A stretch of DNA of 64,000 nt from Acidobacteriaceae bacterium (lineage in GTDB: Bacteria; Acidobacteriota; Terriglobia; Terriglobales; Acidobacteriaceae), in the NCBI GenBank assembly GCA_025462735.1, contig JAOAPC010000003.1:144391-208390 (forward strand), in the 5' to 3' direction. Shown piece by piece: positions 18,617-28,266 of this stretch (position 1 is its first letter; every line of letters starts with the position of its first letter). The notes below the pieces were generated by a model. That model was not told the origin of the DNA. It saw nothing but the letters and a program-made list of their open reading frames with translations, and searched no databases. The position numbers and the translations under genes are program-made.

Positions 18617-19705
18617 GTGCTTGTTTCAGAATTTGATTACCACCTTCCCGAAGAGCTGATTGCGCAAGAGCCGCTTGCTCAGCGCGAAGCCTCGCGAATG
18701 CTTCGCCTGGACCGGCACTCGGGCGAAGCCAAGGACCTTTGTTTTCGTGATTTTCCCGAGCTGCTGCGCCCGGGCGACCTGGTCGTCTTTAACAACACTC
18801 GGGTTTTTCCGGCGCGATTGTATGGACGGAGAAGTGGGTCAAAGTCTCAGTCGTTGAGCGCGCACAACCCGGCTTCGCGTGATTTCCTACAAGGACGGAT
18901 CGAGGTACTGCTGACAAGGCAACTCTCGCAGGAACCCAATGAGTGGGAGTGCCTGGTGCGTCCGGGAAGGAAGATCGGAGTTGGGGAAAAGCTTTTCTTT
19001 GGGGAGCAGCAGGAACTCGTCGCCGAGGTCGTAGGCAGACGGGGGTTTGGCGAGCGTTGCATTCGGTTTGGCCCAGTTGCGAACTTTTTTGAATTAATCG
19101 AAGAGTTGGGGCACGTACCTCTGCCTCCTTATATCTCGCGTACCGACGGTCAAGCCGATCGCGATCGGTATCAGACGGTTTATGCGCGTGAACGCGGCTC
19201 GGTGGCAGCGCCAACTGCCGGACTGCATTTCACGCCAGAAATTCTGTCGCGAATGAAACAGCGTGGAGTCGAAACTGCGGAGATCACACTGCATGTCGGC
19301 TTGGGAACGTTTCAGCCGGTGCGGGTAGAGAAAGTTGAGGAACACAGGCTGCATACGGAGACCTACAACATCTCGGCTGAAGCTGCGGAAAGCATAAACC
19401 GCGCCTTGGATGAGAAGCGCCGGGTAGTTGCAGTGGGAACGACTACGGTGCGAACGCTCGAGTACGCGGCGAAGAATTCCGGTCAAGTTCAAGCGGGCAG
19501 GGGCGAAGCTGACCTGTTCATTTACCCAGGATTTAGTTTTCGGGTCGTGAGTGCAATGCTGACGAATTTTCATTTACCGCAGTCGACATTGCTGATGCTG
19601 GTATGCGCGTTCGGCGGCAAGGAGCAAGTGCTGGCCGCGTATCAACATGCGGTTGCCGAACGGTACAGGTTTTATTCGTATGGCGATTGCATGTTTGTGG
19701 CGTAA
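18617..19705 (+). CDS. queA: S-adenosylmethionine:tRNA ribosyltransferase-isomerase
   Basis: 362 aa. [23 protein letters not shown] and [10 protein letters not shown] are canonical. Confidence 0.95.
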   Translation: MLVSEFDYHLPEELIAQEPLAQREASRMLRLDRHSGEAKDLCFRDFPELLRPGDLVVFNNTRVFPARLYGRRSGSKSQSLSAHNPASRDFLQGRIEVLLTRQLSQEPNEWECLVRPGRKIGVGEKLFFGEQQELVAEVVGRRGFGERCIRFGPVANFFELIEELGHVPLPPYISRTDGQADRDRYQTVYARERGSVAAPTAGLHFTPEILSRMKQRGVETAEITLHVGLGTFQPVRVEKVEEHRLHTETYNISAEAAESINRALDEKRRVVAVGTTTVRTLEYAAKNSGQVQAGRGEADLFIYPGFSFRVVSAMLTNFHLPQSTLLMLVCAFGGKEQVLAAYQHAVAERYRFYSYGDCMFVA

Positions 19706-19797
19706 GGAACTCCCGGACGTGGACGTCCGGGGCTACATGAGCACGATTGGCTGGGTGATTCGTTAAGGCCCTCGCGTGGCTGCACGGTTAAATGTAG

Positions 19798-19819
19798 GGG
19801 CGGGTGTCCACACCCGCCC
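19798..19819. repeat. REP-like GC hairpin
   Basis: GGGCGGGTGT-cc-ACACCCGCCC, intergenic after queA. It is preceded by the palindrome CCCGGACGT-gg-ACGTCCGGG at 19712-19731. Confidence 0.6.
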
Positions 19820-19848
19820 ACCGGCGATATACTTCGATGAGATGATTT

Positions 19849-20430
19849 ATGGCTACTGGCGTCGTTCCTAAACAGCTTTCCATTCAGGGTTTCATCTCCG
19901 AGCTGCATAAATTTCCGGAGCAGGCATTTGTCCGTACCGGCGAGATTCTTGCTTTCCTTGAGCGCACATCGGTTGCTCCGGAAACGCTTTCGCCTTATCT
20001 CAATTGGGACCGGCAGCATTACACCCGCAATCTGATCGACAAGACTCCGCTTTATGAGTTGATTGCGATTTGCTGGGAAGTAGGACAGGCCAGCTCGGTG
20101 CATAACCATCGCGATCAAAATTGCTGGATGTCGGCACCGATTGGACGATTGCAGGTAGAGAATTTTCATTTAGTTTCGCAGGACGTTGACCATGGCCGCT
20201 CTCAACTCACGCCAACAGATACTGTCGAGATGAATTCCACGCATCCGTGCGCGGTAAATCCGGCTGATCCGGTTCATCGCGTGGTCAATCCAAACAACTT
20301 TGGGGAACGCGCGGTGAGCCTGCATATCTATTCGCGGCCGTTTGATTCCTGCGTTGTCTATTCGCCGGAGCAGGGCACGTGTGGAGTGATCAAGCTGCAT
20401 TACACGACGATGTTCGGGAAACCGGCGTAG
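19849..20430 (+). CDS. cysteine dioxygenase type I family (cupin) protein
   Basis: 193 aa. SSVHNHRDQNCW (His-x-His) and a later LHIYS His, a CDO-like cupin. Confidence 0.75.
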   Translation: MATGVVPKQLSIQGFISELHKFPEQAFVRTGEILAFLERTSVAPETLSPYLNWDRQHYTRNLIDKTPLYELIAICWEVGQASSVHNHRDQNCWMSAPIGRLQVENFHLVSQDVDHGRSQLTPTDTVEMNSTHPCAVNPADPVHRVVNPNNFGERAVSLHIYSRPFDSCVVYSPEQGTCGVIKLHYTTMFGKPA

Positions 20431-20440
20431 CCTGCACAAT

Positions 20441-20493
20441 GGACAGCCGAGGGCTTGCCCTGAGCTTGTCGAAGGGGCGGCTGTCCCCACACG
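20441..20493. repeat. REP-like hairpin (long loop) with CCACACG tail
   Basis: GGACAGCCG-(27 nt)-CGGCTGTCC-ccacacg. Same stem and tail as 11106-11134. Confidence 0.75.
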
Positions 20494-20522
20494 ACTCATC
20501 ATTCAATTGTTAAACTTGTTTC

Positions 20523-23264
20523 TTGCCTCCATCCAGCAAATCCTCGGCCGCCCGGACTGAAACTGCTTCGCGGGTCGAAATTGGCCCCTCAGTTGGAGCG
20601 AAACCCGGCTTGGTGCCGCGGCACGATCCGAACACGCTTTTTTTAATCGACACCATGTCATTCATCTTTCGCGCCTATCATGCCATGGCGCGACAGCGCG
20701 GGATGTCCACGCGCAAAGGGCTTCCGACGGCGGCAATCTACGTTTTCGTAAATATGCTGCGGAAGTTGCGCGATGATTTTTCGCCGCAATATCTGGCGGC
20801 GGTGTTCGATGTGGCTGCGCCCACTTTTCGCGATCAGCAATACAAGGAATACAAAGCCAACCGCAGCGAGATGCCAGGGGATTTGGCGCAGCAGATTCCC
20901 TACATCCGGCAAGCGCTCGAGGCGTACCGCATTCCCATTCTGGAAGTTCCCGGCTTCGAAGCCGATGACGTGATCGGGACCCTGGCGACCAAAGCCGCTG
21001 CGCAGGGCCGGCACGTGTATGTGGTGTCGAGCGACAAGGACATGCTGCAACTGGTGAATGATCAGGTACTGGTGCTGAATCCTCCGAAAGACAACTTGAT
21101 TTGCGATGCAGCAAAGGTCGAAGAAATTTTGGGAGTGCCGCCGGAGCGCGTGATCGATGTGATGGCGCTGCGCGGCGACTCGATCGATAACGTTCCCGGA
21201 GCGCCAGGAATCGGCGACAAAGGTTCGGTAGAAATTATTCGCCGCTTTGGCAGCCTGGAAGCCGCACTCGACCACGCTGCTGAAGTCGAGAGAAAAACTT
21301 ACCGCGAGTCATTGCAGAACAATCGCGAGCAGATCCTGATGAGCAAGGAACTGGTAACGATCAAGTGCGACGTGGACATCGATCTCGATGTCGAGAAGAT
21401 GAACGCGGGAGAACCTGATATCGAAGTTCTGCGCGGTTTGTTCACCGAGCTTGAATTTACTTCGCTTCTGAAAGAACTGCTGCCGGTGGTTGAAGCGCCC
21501 GAGGGAAATTATCGCGAGGCGGAGTCAGCGGCTGATGTGGAGCGCCTGCTGAAATCGCGGGGGGAGGAAATACCGCTGGCGATCGCTGTGGACACAGTTG
21601 TTGCAATGCCCGAAACTGAGCCGGAGACAGAAGCCGAAGAAGATCTCTTGCCACTCAAATTAAATCCAAGCCCAGTCGCGGACAAGAGTGTCCGCGCCAC
21701 ACAGATTGCGATTTCGGTCGAGTCCGGTTCCGCGCTAGTCGTTTCTTCGGAATCCTCTGCTGGGTTAACCGCGGCACTGGCGGACGAGGAGATCCCCAAA
21801 GCTATTCATGACTGGAAGACGGCTGTGCACGGGCTGGGAGAGACGTCGCTGGCAGGAGTTCAGCACGACACGCGGTTGTACTCGTATCTGCTCGATCCCA
21901 CTTATTCGTCGCACAGTTTGCCGGAAGTTGCGCTTCGCCGATTCAACTTGAAGCTTGGCGGATCTCTGGCCGAGGCCGCAGATATAACCGGCCGGCTGGC
22001 GGCTGTTTTGCGGAAGGAAGTCGAACAGGAGAACCTGTTGAAGCTGTATGACGAAATTGATTTGCCGCTGGTTCCGGTGCTCACGCGAATGGAGCAGGCG
22101 GGAGTCGCCATTGATCGCGCGGCGCTGGCCCAGATGTCCACGCGACTGGAAGGCGAGATTAGCGTCAAAGCGAAAGAAATTTATGACTGCTGCGGCTCGG
22201 AGTTCAACATTAGTTCGCCGAAGCAACTGGGCGATGTGTTGTTCAACAAGCTGAATTTGCCGAAGCCGGTGAAATACGGCAAAGGCAAGACCATTTCCAC
22301 TGCGGTTGACGTTTTGGAAGAACTCGCCGGCAGCCACCGGGCGCCGAAGCTGGTGCTTGAGTACCGGCAGCTGACAAAACTGAAGTCCACGTACGTAGAT
22401 GCTCTTCCTGCATTGCTGAATTCCGGCACTGGCAGGCTGCATACAACGTTTGACCAGACGGGAACCGCGACTGGTCGGCTTTCGTCGGCAAATCCGAATC
22501 TGCAGAATATTCCTATTCGCACCGAGGTGGGGCGGGAGATTCGTGCGGCCTTCACCGCTGCCCCCGGATGCCTGTTGGTCGCAGCCGATTATTCGCAAAT
22601 TGAATTGCGGCTGCTGGCACACTACTCGAAAGATCCCCTGCTGGTTGAAGCCTTCCGTCGCGGAGACGATATCCACACGTTGACCGCCTCCCAGGTATTC
22701 GGAGTGCCGCCGCTCATGGTTACAGCCGACCACCGCCGGCAGGCGAAAGTTGTGAACTTCGGAATCGTTTACGGACTGTCCGCGTTTGGCTTATCGCAGA
22801 ACCTCGGGATTGAACCCTCTGAGGCAAAGAAGTTTATTGAAGCCTACTTTGAAAGATACCGAGGCGTGCGAACCTTCATCGATCGCACTTTGGACGAAAC
22901 CCGGCGTGATGGGCGGGTTCGAACGCTGTTTGGCAGGGTGCGCCCGATTCCTGACATCAACAGCAAGAACTTCAACCTTCGCGGATTCGCGGAACGTACT
23001 GCGGTAAATACTCCGTTGCAAGGAACCGCCGCCGATTTGATCAAACTGGCGATGATTCGGATCGATGCCCTAATCCGCGACCGCCAACTGAAATCGAAGA
23101 TGACGCTTCAGGTGCACGACGAACTTGTGTTCGAAGTTCCGGAAGACGAAATCGACGGAATGCGCAGCTTGGTGCGCGAGCAGATGGAAAATGTGCATCC
23201 GTCACTCTCGGTGCCGCTGATGGTGGAGATTGGGGTTGGAAAGAATTGGCGGGACTTGGAGTGA
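20523..23264 (+). CDS. polA: DNA polymerase I
   Basis: 913 aa. 5'-nuclease N-terminus, a 3'-5' exo-like middle, and polymerase motifs DYSQIELR, RRQAKVVNFGIVYG, QVHDE. Confidence 0.96.
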   Translation: MPPSSKSSAARTETASRVEIGPSVGAKPGLVPRHDPNTLFLIDTMSFIFRAYHAMARQRGMSTRKGLPTAAIYVFVNMLRKLRDDFSPQYLAAVFDVAAPTFRDQQYKEYKANRSEMPGDLAQQIPYIRQALEAYRIPILEVPGFEADDVIGTLATKAAAQGRHVYVVSSDKDMLQLVNDQVLVLNPPKDNLICDAAKVEEILGVPPERVIDVMALRGDSIDNVPGAPGIGDKGSVEIIRRFGSLEAALDHAAEVERKTYRESLQNNREQILMSKELVTIKCDVDIDLDVEKMNAGEPDIEVLRGLFTELEFTSLLKELLPVVEAPEGNYREAESAADVERLLKSRGEEIPLAIAVDTVVAMPETEPETEAEEDLLPLKLNPSPVADKSVRATQIAISVESGSALVVSSESSAGLTAALADEEIPKAIHDWKTAVHGLGETSLAGVQHDTRLYSYLLDPTYSSHSLPEVALRRFNLKLGGSLAEAADITGRLAAVLRKEVEQENLLKLYDEIDLPLVPVLTRMEQAGVAIDRAALAQMSTRLEGEISVKAKEIYDCCGSEFNISSPKQLGDVLFNKLNLPKPVKYGKGKTISTAVDVLEELAGSHRAPKLVLEYRQLTKLKSTYVDALPALLNSGTGRLHTTFDQTGTATGRLSSANPNLQNIPIRTEVGREIRAAFTAAPGCLLVAADYSQIELRLLAHYSKDPLLVEAFRRGDDIHTLTASQVFGVPPLMVTADHRRQAKVVNFGIVYGLSAFGLSQNLGIEPSEAKKFIEAYFERYRGVRTFIDRTLDETRRDGRVRTLFGRVRPIPDINSKNFNLRGFAERTAVNTPLQGTAADLIKLAMIRIDALIRDRQLKSKMTLQVHDELVFEVPEDEIDGMRSLVREQMENVHPSLSVPLMVEIGVGKNWRDLE
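21674..21704. repeat. REP-like hairpin plus CCACAC tail, inside the polA coding sequence
   Basis: agtcgcGGACAagagTGTCCgcgccacacag, encoding ..VADKSVRATQ.. in the inter-domain linker. Paralogous to 3308-3336. Confidence 0.7.
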
Positions 23265-23323
23265 GCTCGGCGAGCTTCGTCTTCCCGCGCGAAATGGAAC
23301 CCGATCACGTCCTCTCAAATTTT

Positions 23324-23440
23324 GTCATTCCGAGCGAAGCGGGATCATTTGCTTGCGAATGATTCCCGAGTCGAGGAACCTGCTGTTCCTTTTAGTGAAC
23401 GAAAAGCAGATTCCTCACCGCTAAAGCGGTTCGGAATGAC
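23324..23440. repeat. palindromic GTCATTCCGA-type element (two inverted units)
   Basis: GTCATTCCGAGCGAAGCGGGATCATTTGC ... GCAGATTCCTCACCGCTAAAGCGGTTCGGAATGAC. Located between polA and glmM. Confidence 0.75.
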
Positions 23441-23489
23441 ATCCTTGTAGTTTTGAATATTTTGAAGAATGGCCGACGGCCGTATCGAC

Positions 23490-24866
23490 TTATGTTCCCA
23501 GTGCTTTCTTAATCGCGCCCGCAATTCCATCCGTCATTGCGTTCATCTTCTCTTCTGATTCGGCCTCGACCATCACGCGCGCCAGCGCTTCAGTCCCGGA
23601 GTATCGCACTACAATTCGCCCATCGCCATTGAGCTCGCGCTGCGCCGCCTCGATTGCGCGCTTAACGTCCGGAACCTGATCGAACGGGATTTTCTCGCGC
23701 ACGCGGATATTCTGAATGCGCTGTGGAAATACTTTCAGGTCTGAAATCAGCTCCGCCAAGGAGCGTCCGCTGCGGGCCATGATGTCCATTACGCGCAATG
23801 CGGTGAGCAGGCCATCGCCGGTGGTAGCTTCGCCATCGCGAAAAATGATGTGACCGGACTGCTCTCCACCCAGCGTGGCACCAGTTTTCATCATTTCTTC
23901 GAGAACATATTTGTCGCCAACATTTGCGCGCAACATGCGAATACCGGAATTGCGGAGCGCGATCTCGAGCCCCATGTTCGACATGGTGGTCGCAACCACC
24001 GTGTCGGCACGAAGTATTCCGCGGGCGTGCAGGTCGCGGGCCGCCAGGAGCAGCACGCCGTCCCCGTTAACCACTCGGCCAGAGGCGTCACTGAAGAGGG
24101 CGCGGTCGGCATCGCCGTCAAAGGTCACGCCCAGATCGAACTTGCCACTCGACGTGGCGATCTTTTTCGCGACCCCTGCTGGATAGAGCGCGCCGCAGTC
24201 CTCATTGATATTTTTCCCATCCGGCGAGGAACAGATGAACTCCGCCTGAATTCGACAAGCGCGAAACAACTCCGGCGCTTCGGCGGCGGCAGCGCCGTTT
24301 GCGCAATCCACCAGCACGCGCAGACAGCTCAAATCAGTCGAGACATTTTTCGCAAGCCACTGGATGTAGTCGGTCCGGAGCGAATGCTCTCCGGGGAGCG
24401 TCGGCAAAGGCTTAGAAGATGGCTCGGGATGTGCGCCCGGCGCTTGCAAAATCGCAAATATTTCCTGCTCAATCGCCAATTCGTGGGAATCGGGAAGTTT
24501 GAATCCATTACCTGAAAAAACTTTTATTCCGTTATCAGTCCACGGATTGTGCGACGCGGAAATAACTACTCCCGCATCGAATTTCTGCGAGCGCGCCAGG
24601 TAGGCAACTCCGGGCGTGGTAATTACGCCGGCGCTGCGGACCTCAACCTGGCACGAGGAAAGGCCAAGGGCAACGCGATCGGCAATCCAGCGGCTGGATT
24701 CGCGCGTGTCTTGGCCAATGACAACTCGAGGTTCGGGTTTGGTTTTCACCAGATCGTGCCCGAGGGCGCGTCCGATCAAAAACGTGCTCTCGGCGGTGAG
24801 CGGAAATTCTCCAGCGACGCCCCGAATGCCGTCGGTTCCGAAAAGCTGCCTGATTTGCGATGTCAT
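23490..24866 (-). CDS. glmM: phosphoglucosamine mutase
   Basis: 458 aa. GTDGIRG, active-site SASHNP, DGDADR. Confidence 0.95.
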   Translation of the reverse strand: MTSQIRQLFGTDGIRGVAGEFPLTAESTFLIGRALGHDLVKTKPEPRVVIGQDTRESSRWIADRVALGLSSCQVEVRSAGVITTPGVAYLARSQKFDAGVVISASHNPWTDNGIKVFSGNGFKLPDSHELAIEQEIFAILQAPGAHPEPSSKPLPTLPGEHSLRTDYIQWLAKNVSTDLSCLRVLVDCANGAAAAEAPELFRACRIQAEFICSSPDGKNINEDCGALYPAGVAKKIATSSGKFDLGVTFDGDADRALFSDASGRVVNGDGVLLLAARDLHARGILRADTVVATTMSNMGLEIALRNSGIRMLRANVGDKYVLEEMMKTGATLGGEQSGHIIFRDGEATTGDGLLTALRVMDIMARSGRSLAELISDLKVFPQRIQNIRVREKIPFDQVPDVKRAIEAAQRELNGDGRIVVRYSGTEALARVMVEAESEEKMNAMTDGIAGAIKKALGT

Positions 24867-25555
24867 TGAGGTTGAGTTTGCGCGGAAGGAACTGGCGCTC
24901 GTTCCATGATAACCGTGATCCGCACGGGATGGGGATCGACGACTTGGATGAGTGGATCAGAAACGTAAGCATGGCGCGAGAAGGTCGTACGGTCGATCAG
25001 TCCGCTGACGTCTATGGGATCGGTAATCGCGCTCTCAACTCCATCAACCGACTTTTTAGGGCCTACGATCTCGATTGTTTCCGGATCCGATTTTACCTGC
25101 GCGATCGAATAACCACTGGCAAAGGTTCCGATGACGCGGGGCCGGACGGGAACTCTCTTGGTTGTTTTCCTATCGAATAGGAGATGAATTTGGCTAGGCA
25201 CGAGTTGGACCGCGCGGAGCTTGTCGGGCAGGCCGATTTGATTCGCAGTCAGGTCGAAGGTGCGCTCGCCTGGCTTCATTCCAGTGAGATCGATTTCTGC
25301 GTGAACATCAGAGGGCTGCAGCTGCCGCACCAAGCGCTCCGGGCCTCGGACGCGAACCTGCGCGGAGGGTATGTTTTCTGAACTAATTTCAAGGTCCTCG
25401 GGCATATTGCGGAATACAATGGCTACGTTCACCGCAGCTTCGGACGGAGGCTCGTTCGAAACTGCCAGCCACAGCGCTATAGCGATAAGCAGGGAGATGA
25501 TCTTCAATCCCAGATTGTGTATTACGTGGCGGCGAAAAAATTCCCGGCCGGTCAT
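24863..25555 (-). CDS. cdaR: YbbR domain-containing protein (CdaR-like regulator of diadenylate cyclase)
   Basis: 230 aa with an N-terminal TM and repeated YbbR-like beta units. It overlaps cdaA and glmM by 4 nt each. Confidence 0.8.
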   Translation of the reverse strand: MTGREFFRRHVIHNLGLKIISLLIAIALWLAVSNEPPSEAAVNVAIVFRNMPEDLEISSENIPSAQVRVRGPERLVRQLQPSDVHAEIDLTGMKPGERTFDLTANQIGLPDKLRAVQLVPSQIHLLFDRKTTKRVPVRPRVIGTFASGYSIAQVKSDPETIEIVGPKKSVDGVESAITDPIDVSGLIDRTTFSRHAYVSDPLIQVVDPHPVRITVIMERAPVPSAQTQPQ

Positions 25556-26424
25556 CGCTCGCCTCCGCCTTTGTGCAAGTCTGAGCGAAACGGCATTTCA
25601 CTCTCGACCTCGTCCAGAATGCCGGCGCTATCTGAAATTGGGGTGGGCAGCGCAGTTGGAGGAACGTAGCGGCGGAGCAATGTGCTCATGCGCTCGCGAA
25701 GTTTCTCGACGGTGAGGTCGCGATCAATGCTGCCTCCGACTGCCAGACTGATGCTGCCGGTCTCTTCCGAGACGATGATCGAAATCGCGTCGGTTTCCTC
25801 GGTAATGCCAATTGCCGCGCGATGGCGCGTGCCCAGCTGGGTGGAGAGCACGGGGTTCATAGAAAGCGGCAGAAAGCAGGCGGCCGCAGCAACCCGGTCT
25901 CCCTGGATGATTACCGCGCCGTCATGGAGCGGAGCGCTGGGGCGAAATAGAGTCGCCAGCAAGTCGTATGAAAGTTTGGCATCCAGGGCCACGCCGCTTT
26001 CGATGTAAGTGCGGAGGCCGATTTCGCGTTGGATAACAATGAGCGCGCCGGTCTGGTTCTGGGAAAATAAATTCGCCGCGAGAGCGATATCGTCGTAGGC
26101 ATCGGCTTCGGCGGCCGCCGAACGGGCCAAAGTCATACGCCGGCCGAGGCGGGCCAGCGCCTGGCGGATTTCGGGAACGAAGATCACAATCAGCGCGAAT
26201 ACTCCGTAGGGCAGCGCCCGTGAGATCAGCCAGTTTAAGGTGACCAACTCGCCCATTCGCGATACATAAAAAGCCAGGACAACGATGGAAAGGCCGATCA
26301 GGATCAGGGCAGCGCGGGTGCCGCGAATGAGCGCGAAAAACTCATAAATCACGATGGCCACGAGCAGAATGTCGATGGCCGAGATCAACGTGAGATGGGA
26401 CCACGCTCCGGCAGCGTGAATCAA
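25552..26424 (-). CDS. cdaA: membrane-bound diadenylate cyclase CdaA
   Basis: 290 aa. 3 N-terminal TMs plus a DAC domain (DGAVII, GTRHRAAIGITEETDAISIIVSEETGSISLA). Confidence 0.93.
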   Translation of the reverse strand: MIHAAGAWSHLTLISAIDILLVAIVIYEFFALIRGTRAALILIGLSIVVLAFYVSRMGELVTLNWLISRALPYGVFALIVIFVPEIRQALARLGRRMTLARSAAAEADAYDDIALAANLFSQNQTGALIVIQREIGLRTYIESGVALDAKLSYDLLATLFRPSAPLHDGAVIIQGDRVAAAACFLPLSMNPVLSTQLGTRHRAAIGITEETDAISIIVSEETGSISLAVGGSIDRDLTVEKLRERMSTLLRRYVPPTALPTPISDSAGILDEVESEMPFRSDLHKGGGER

Positions 26425-26529
26425 GGAATGCCCCTTTCAGACTCGCGCAGGCAAGCTTGCAGAGGTAATTGTAATGCAGGAGTGGAGCGTAGTGGCTAGT
26501 GGCGAATGGCTGCCACTGACAACTAACCA

Positions 26530-27900
26530 CTAGTCACTTTTCTTCTCGACTTTTGCGGTCACCGATCCGCGGGCCAGGCGGGCGGAAATTTCGTCTCCAA
26601 CTTCGACCTGGGCGGAGTTCTTGATCAGTTTTCCTGAGGAATCGAAGACCAAGGCATAACCGCGCTCCAAAATTGCAACCGGAGAGAGCGCCTTTAGTTG
26701 ATGCTGAAGCTGCTCGAGACGTGAGCGGCGACGCAACAACACGGTGTGCATCGCGGAAGCAATCGCAGTGGTGTGAGATGCAAGGTCGCGTCGCATACCC
26801 GCCAGTACGCGGCGGGCGTCGTAATGACGGATGGCGGCAGAGACCTGTTCCCATTTGCGGTGATATTTCTCAATTAATCTGCGCTCAGAATTTTCCAGAC
26901 GAAAGCGGAGGTCGTCAAACCGTTGCTGGCGCTGATTGATTCCTTCCATCATGCGTGCGAACGCGCCGTGCTGGGCAACGTCGGTCAGCGTCTGCTTGGC
27001 CATCAGGAGTCGATATCGCATGGCGCGCGCAAGCCTCAGGCGCAAGGAGTCGGCTTGCTCCTCGATCTCCTGCAGCGAACGAATGACCAGTTCGGCTGCG
27101 GCGGAGGGCGTGGGCGCGCGCAGGTCAGCAACGAAATCGATGATCGTGAAATCGGTTTCATGGCCTATGGCAGAGATGATGGGAATTCCTGAGCCAGCGA
27201 TGATGCGGGCAAGGCCTTCATGGTTGAAGGCAGAGAGGTCTTCGGCGGAGCCTCCGCCGCGGGCCACGATGATCACGTCCACATTTTTCGCGCGATTGAA
27301 ATACTTGACGCCGCTGCTCACCTCGGAGGCAGCGCTTTCACCCTGCACCTGCGCCGGGTAAATAAGTACGCTGGCGCTGTGATGCCGTCGGCGCAGAATA
27401 TTTAAGATATCGCGCAGGGCGGCAGCTTGGGGTGAGGTCACGATTCCGATGCATCTTGGAAACGGAGGAACGGGTTTCTTGCGCGCGGCATCAAAAAGGC
27501 CCTCCGATTCGAGCTTCGCCTTGAGTTGTTCGAATGCGACCTGTAGCGCGCCCGCGCCTTTTGGCTCCAGGTATTCGGCCGAAAGTTGGAGTTCGCCACG
27601 GCCTTCGAAAACTGTGACTCGCCCGCGAAGAACCACGTGCATCCCGTCTTCAGGGCGGAAACGCAGCAGCCGCGCTTGCGAGCGAAACATCACAGCACGG
27701 ATCTGTGAGTTTTCATCTTTAAGCGTGAAGTAAAGATGTCCGGAGTCATGGGCGCGAAAATTCGAGATCTCGCCTTCTACCCAGATATCGCTGTACTCGC
27801 GCTCCACGCGGGTGCGGACGGCTGCGACCAGATCTCGCACAATCCACACCTTTCGCTCAGGAGCAGCGAAGGTGAGGCCGAGTTGGTCGGCGGAAGCCAC
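26530..27900 (-). CDS. xseA: exodeoxyribonuclease VII large subunit
   Basis: 456 aa. OB-fold N-terminus (IWVEGEISNF..GHLYFTLKD) and a catalytic middle (IGIVTSP..GGGS.EDL). Confidence 0.93.
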   Translation of the reverse strand: MASADQLGLTFAAPERKVWIVRDLVAAVRTRVEREYSDIWVEGEISNFRAHDSGHLYFTLKDENSQIRAVMFRSQARLLRFRPEDGMHVVLRGRVTVFEGRGELQLSAEYLEPKGAGALQVAFEQLKAKLESEGLFDAARKKPVPPFPRCIGIVTSPQAAALRDILNILRRRHHSASVLIYPAQVQGESAASEVSSGVKYFNRAKNVDVIIVARGGGSAEDLSAFNHEGLARIIAGSGIPIISAIGHETDFTIIDFVADLRAPTPSAAAELVIRSLQEIEEQADSLRLRLARAMRYRLLMAKQTLTDVAQHGAFARMMEGINQRQQRFDDLRFRLENSERRLIEKYHRKWEQVSAAIRHYDARRVLAGMRRDLASHTTAIASAMHTVLLRRRSRLEQLQHQLKALSPVAILERGYALVFDSSGKLIKNSAQVEVGDEISARLARGSVTAKVEKKSD

Positions 27901-27989
27901 TTACTGGAGTTTATCGAAATTCAATTCGCCAGGGATAGGCACGAATCGCGCGAAAGAAGGTTGAACCGAGTGCGGTTATACACAAACTT

Positions 27990-28154
27990 TCAAGCGAGGT
28001 GGATTTGCGGCATCTGGACCAGCGTGCCGGTTGACCCGCCAGTCTGCTTTTGTTCGTTCACAAAACTGCAAACCAGGCGCAATGCCTGTACTTCTTCCCG
28101 CAGCCGCTGTAGCTCGGCTTCTTTACGGTGAAGCACTTCGATCGGGTCTCTCAT
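27990..28154 (-). CDS. hypothetical small coiled-coil protein (54 aa)
   Basis: Own translation: MRDPIEVLHRKEAELQRLREEVQALRLVCSFVNEQKQTGGSTGTLVQMPQIHLA*. SD gaggag lies 5 nt upstream. It is not in the ORF track (under 60 aa). Confidence 0.35.
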   Translation of the reverse strand: MRDPIEVLHRKEAELQRLREEVQALRLVCSFVNEQKQTGGSTGTLVQMPQIHLA

Positions 28155-28266
28155 GCGTCTCCTCGGCCGAGGGCAGCCTTATTGGGGGAGGGCAGCCTGA
28201 TGAGCACTCTACGGCTCCCGGGGCGCGCGGGAAACGTCACAGAGGTACAGGCCCAGATTCAGGGAT

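Noticed and set aside
20170-20502. 110-aa minus ORF; also 42880-43086 (68 aa)
   Set aside because: Both are read-throughs of REP-like hairpin elements and gene ends, not genuine genes.
21765-22733. 322-aa minus-strand ORF
   Set aside because: It is antisense to the polA polymerase domain and is a shadow ORF.
27990-28154. Small ORF next to xseA as exonuclease VII small subunit (xseB)
   Set aside because: The sequence lacks the XseB-like helical hairpin signature as I know it, and it is shorter than typical XseB. It is kept only as a low-confidence hypothetical.
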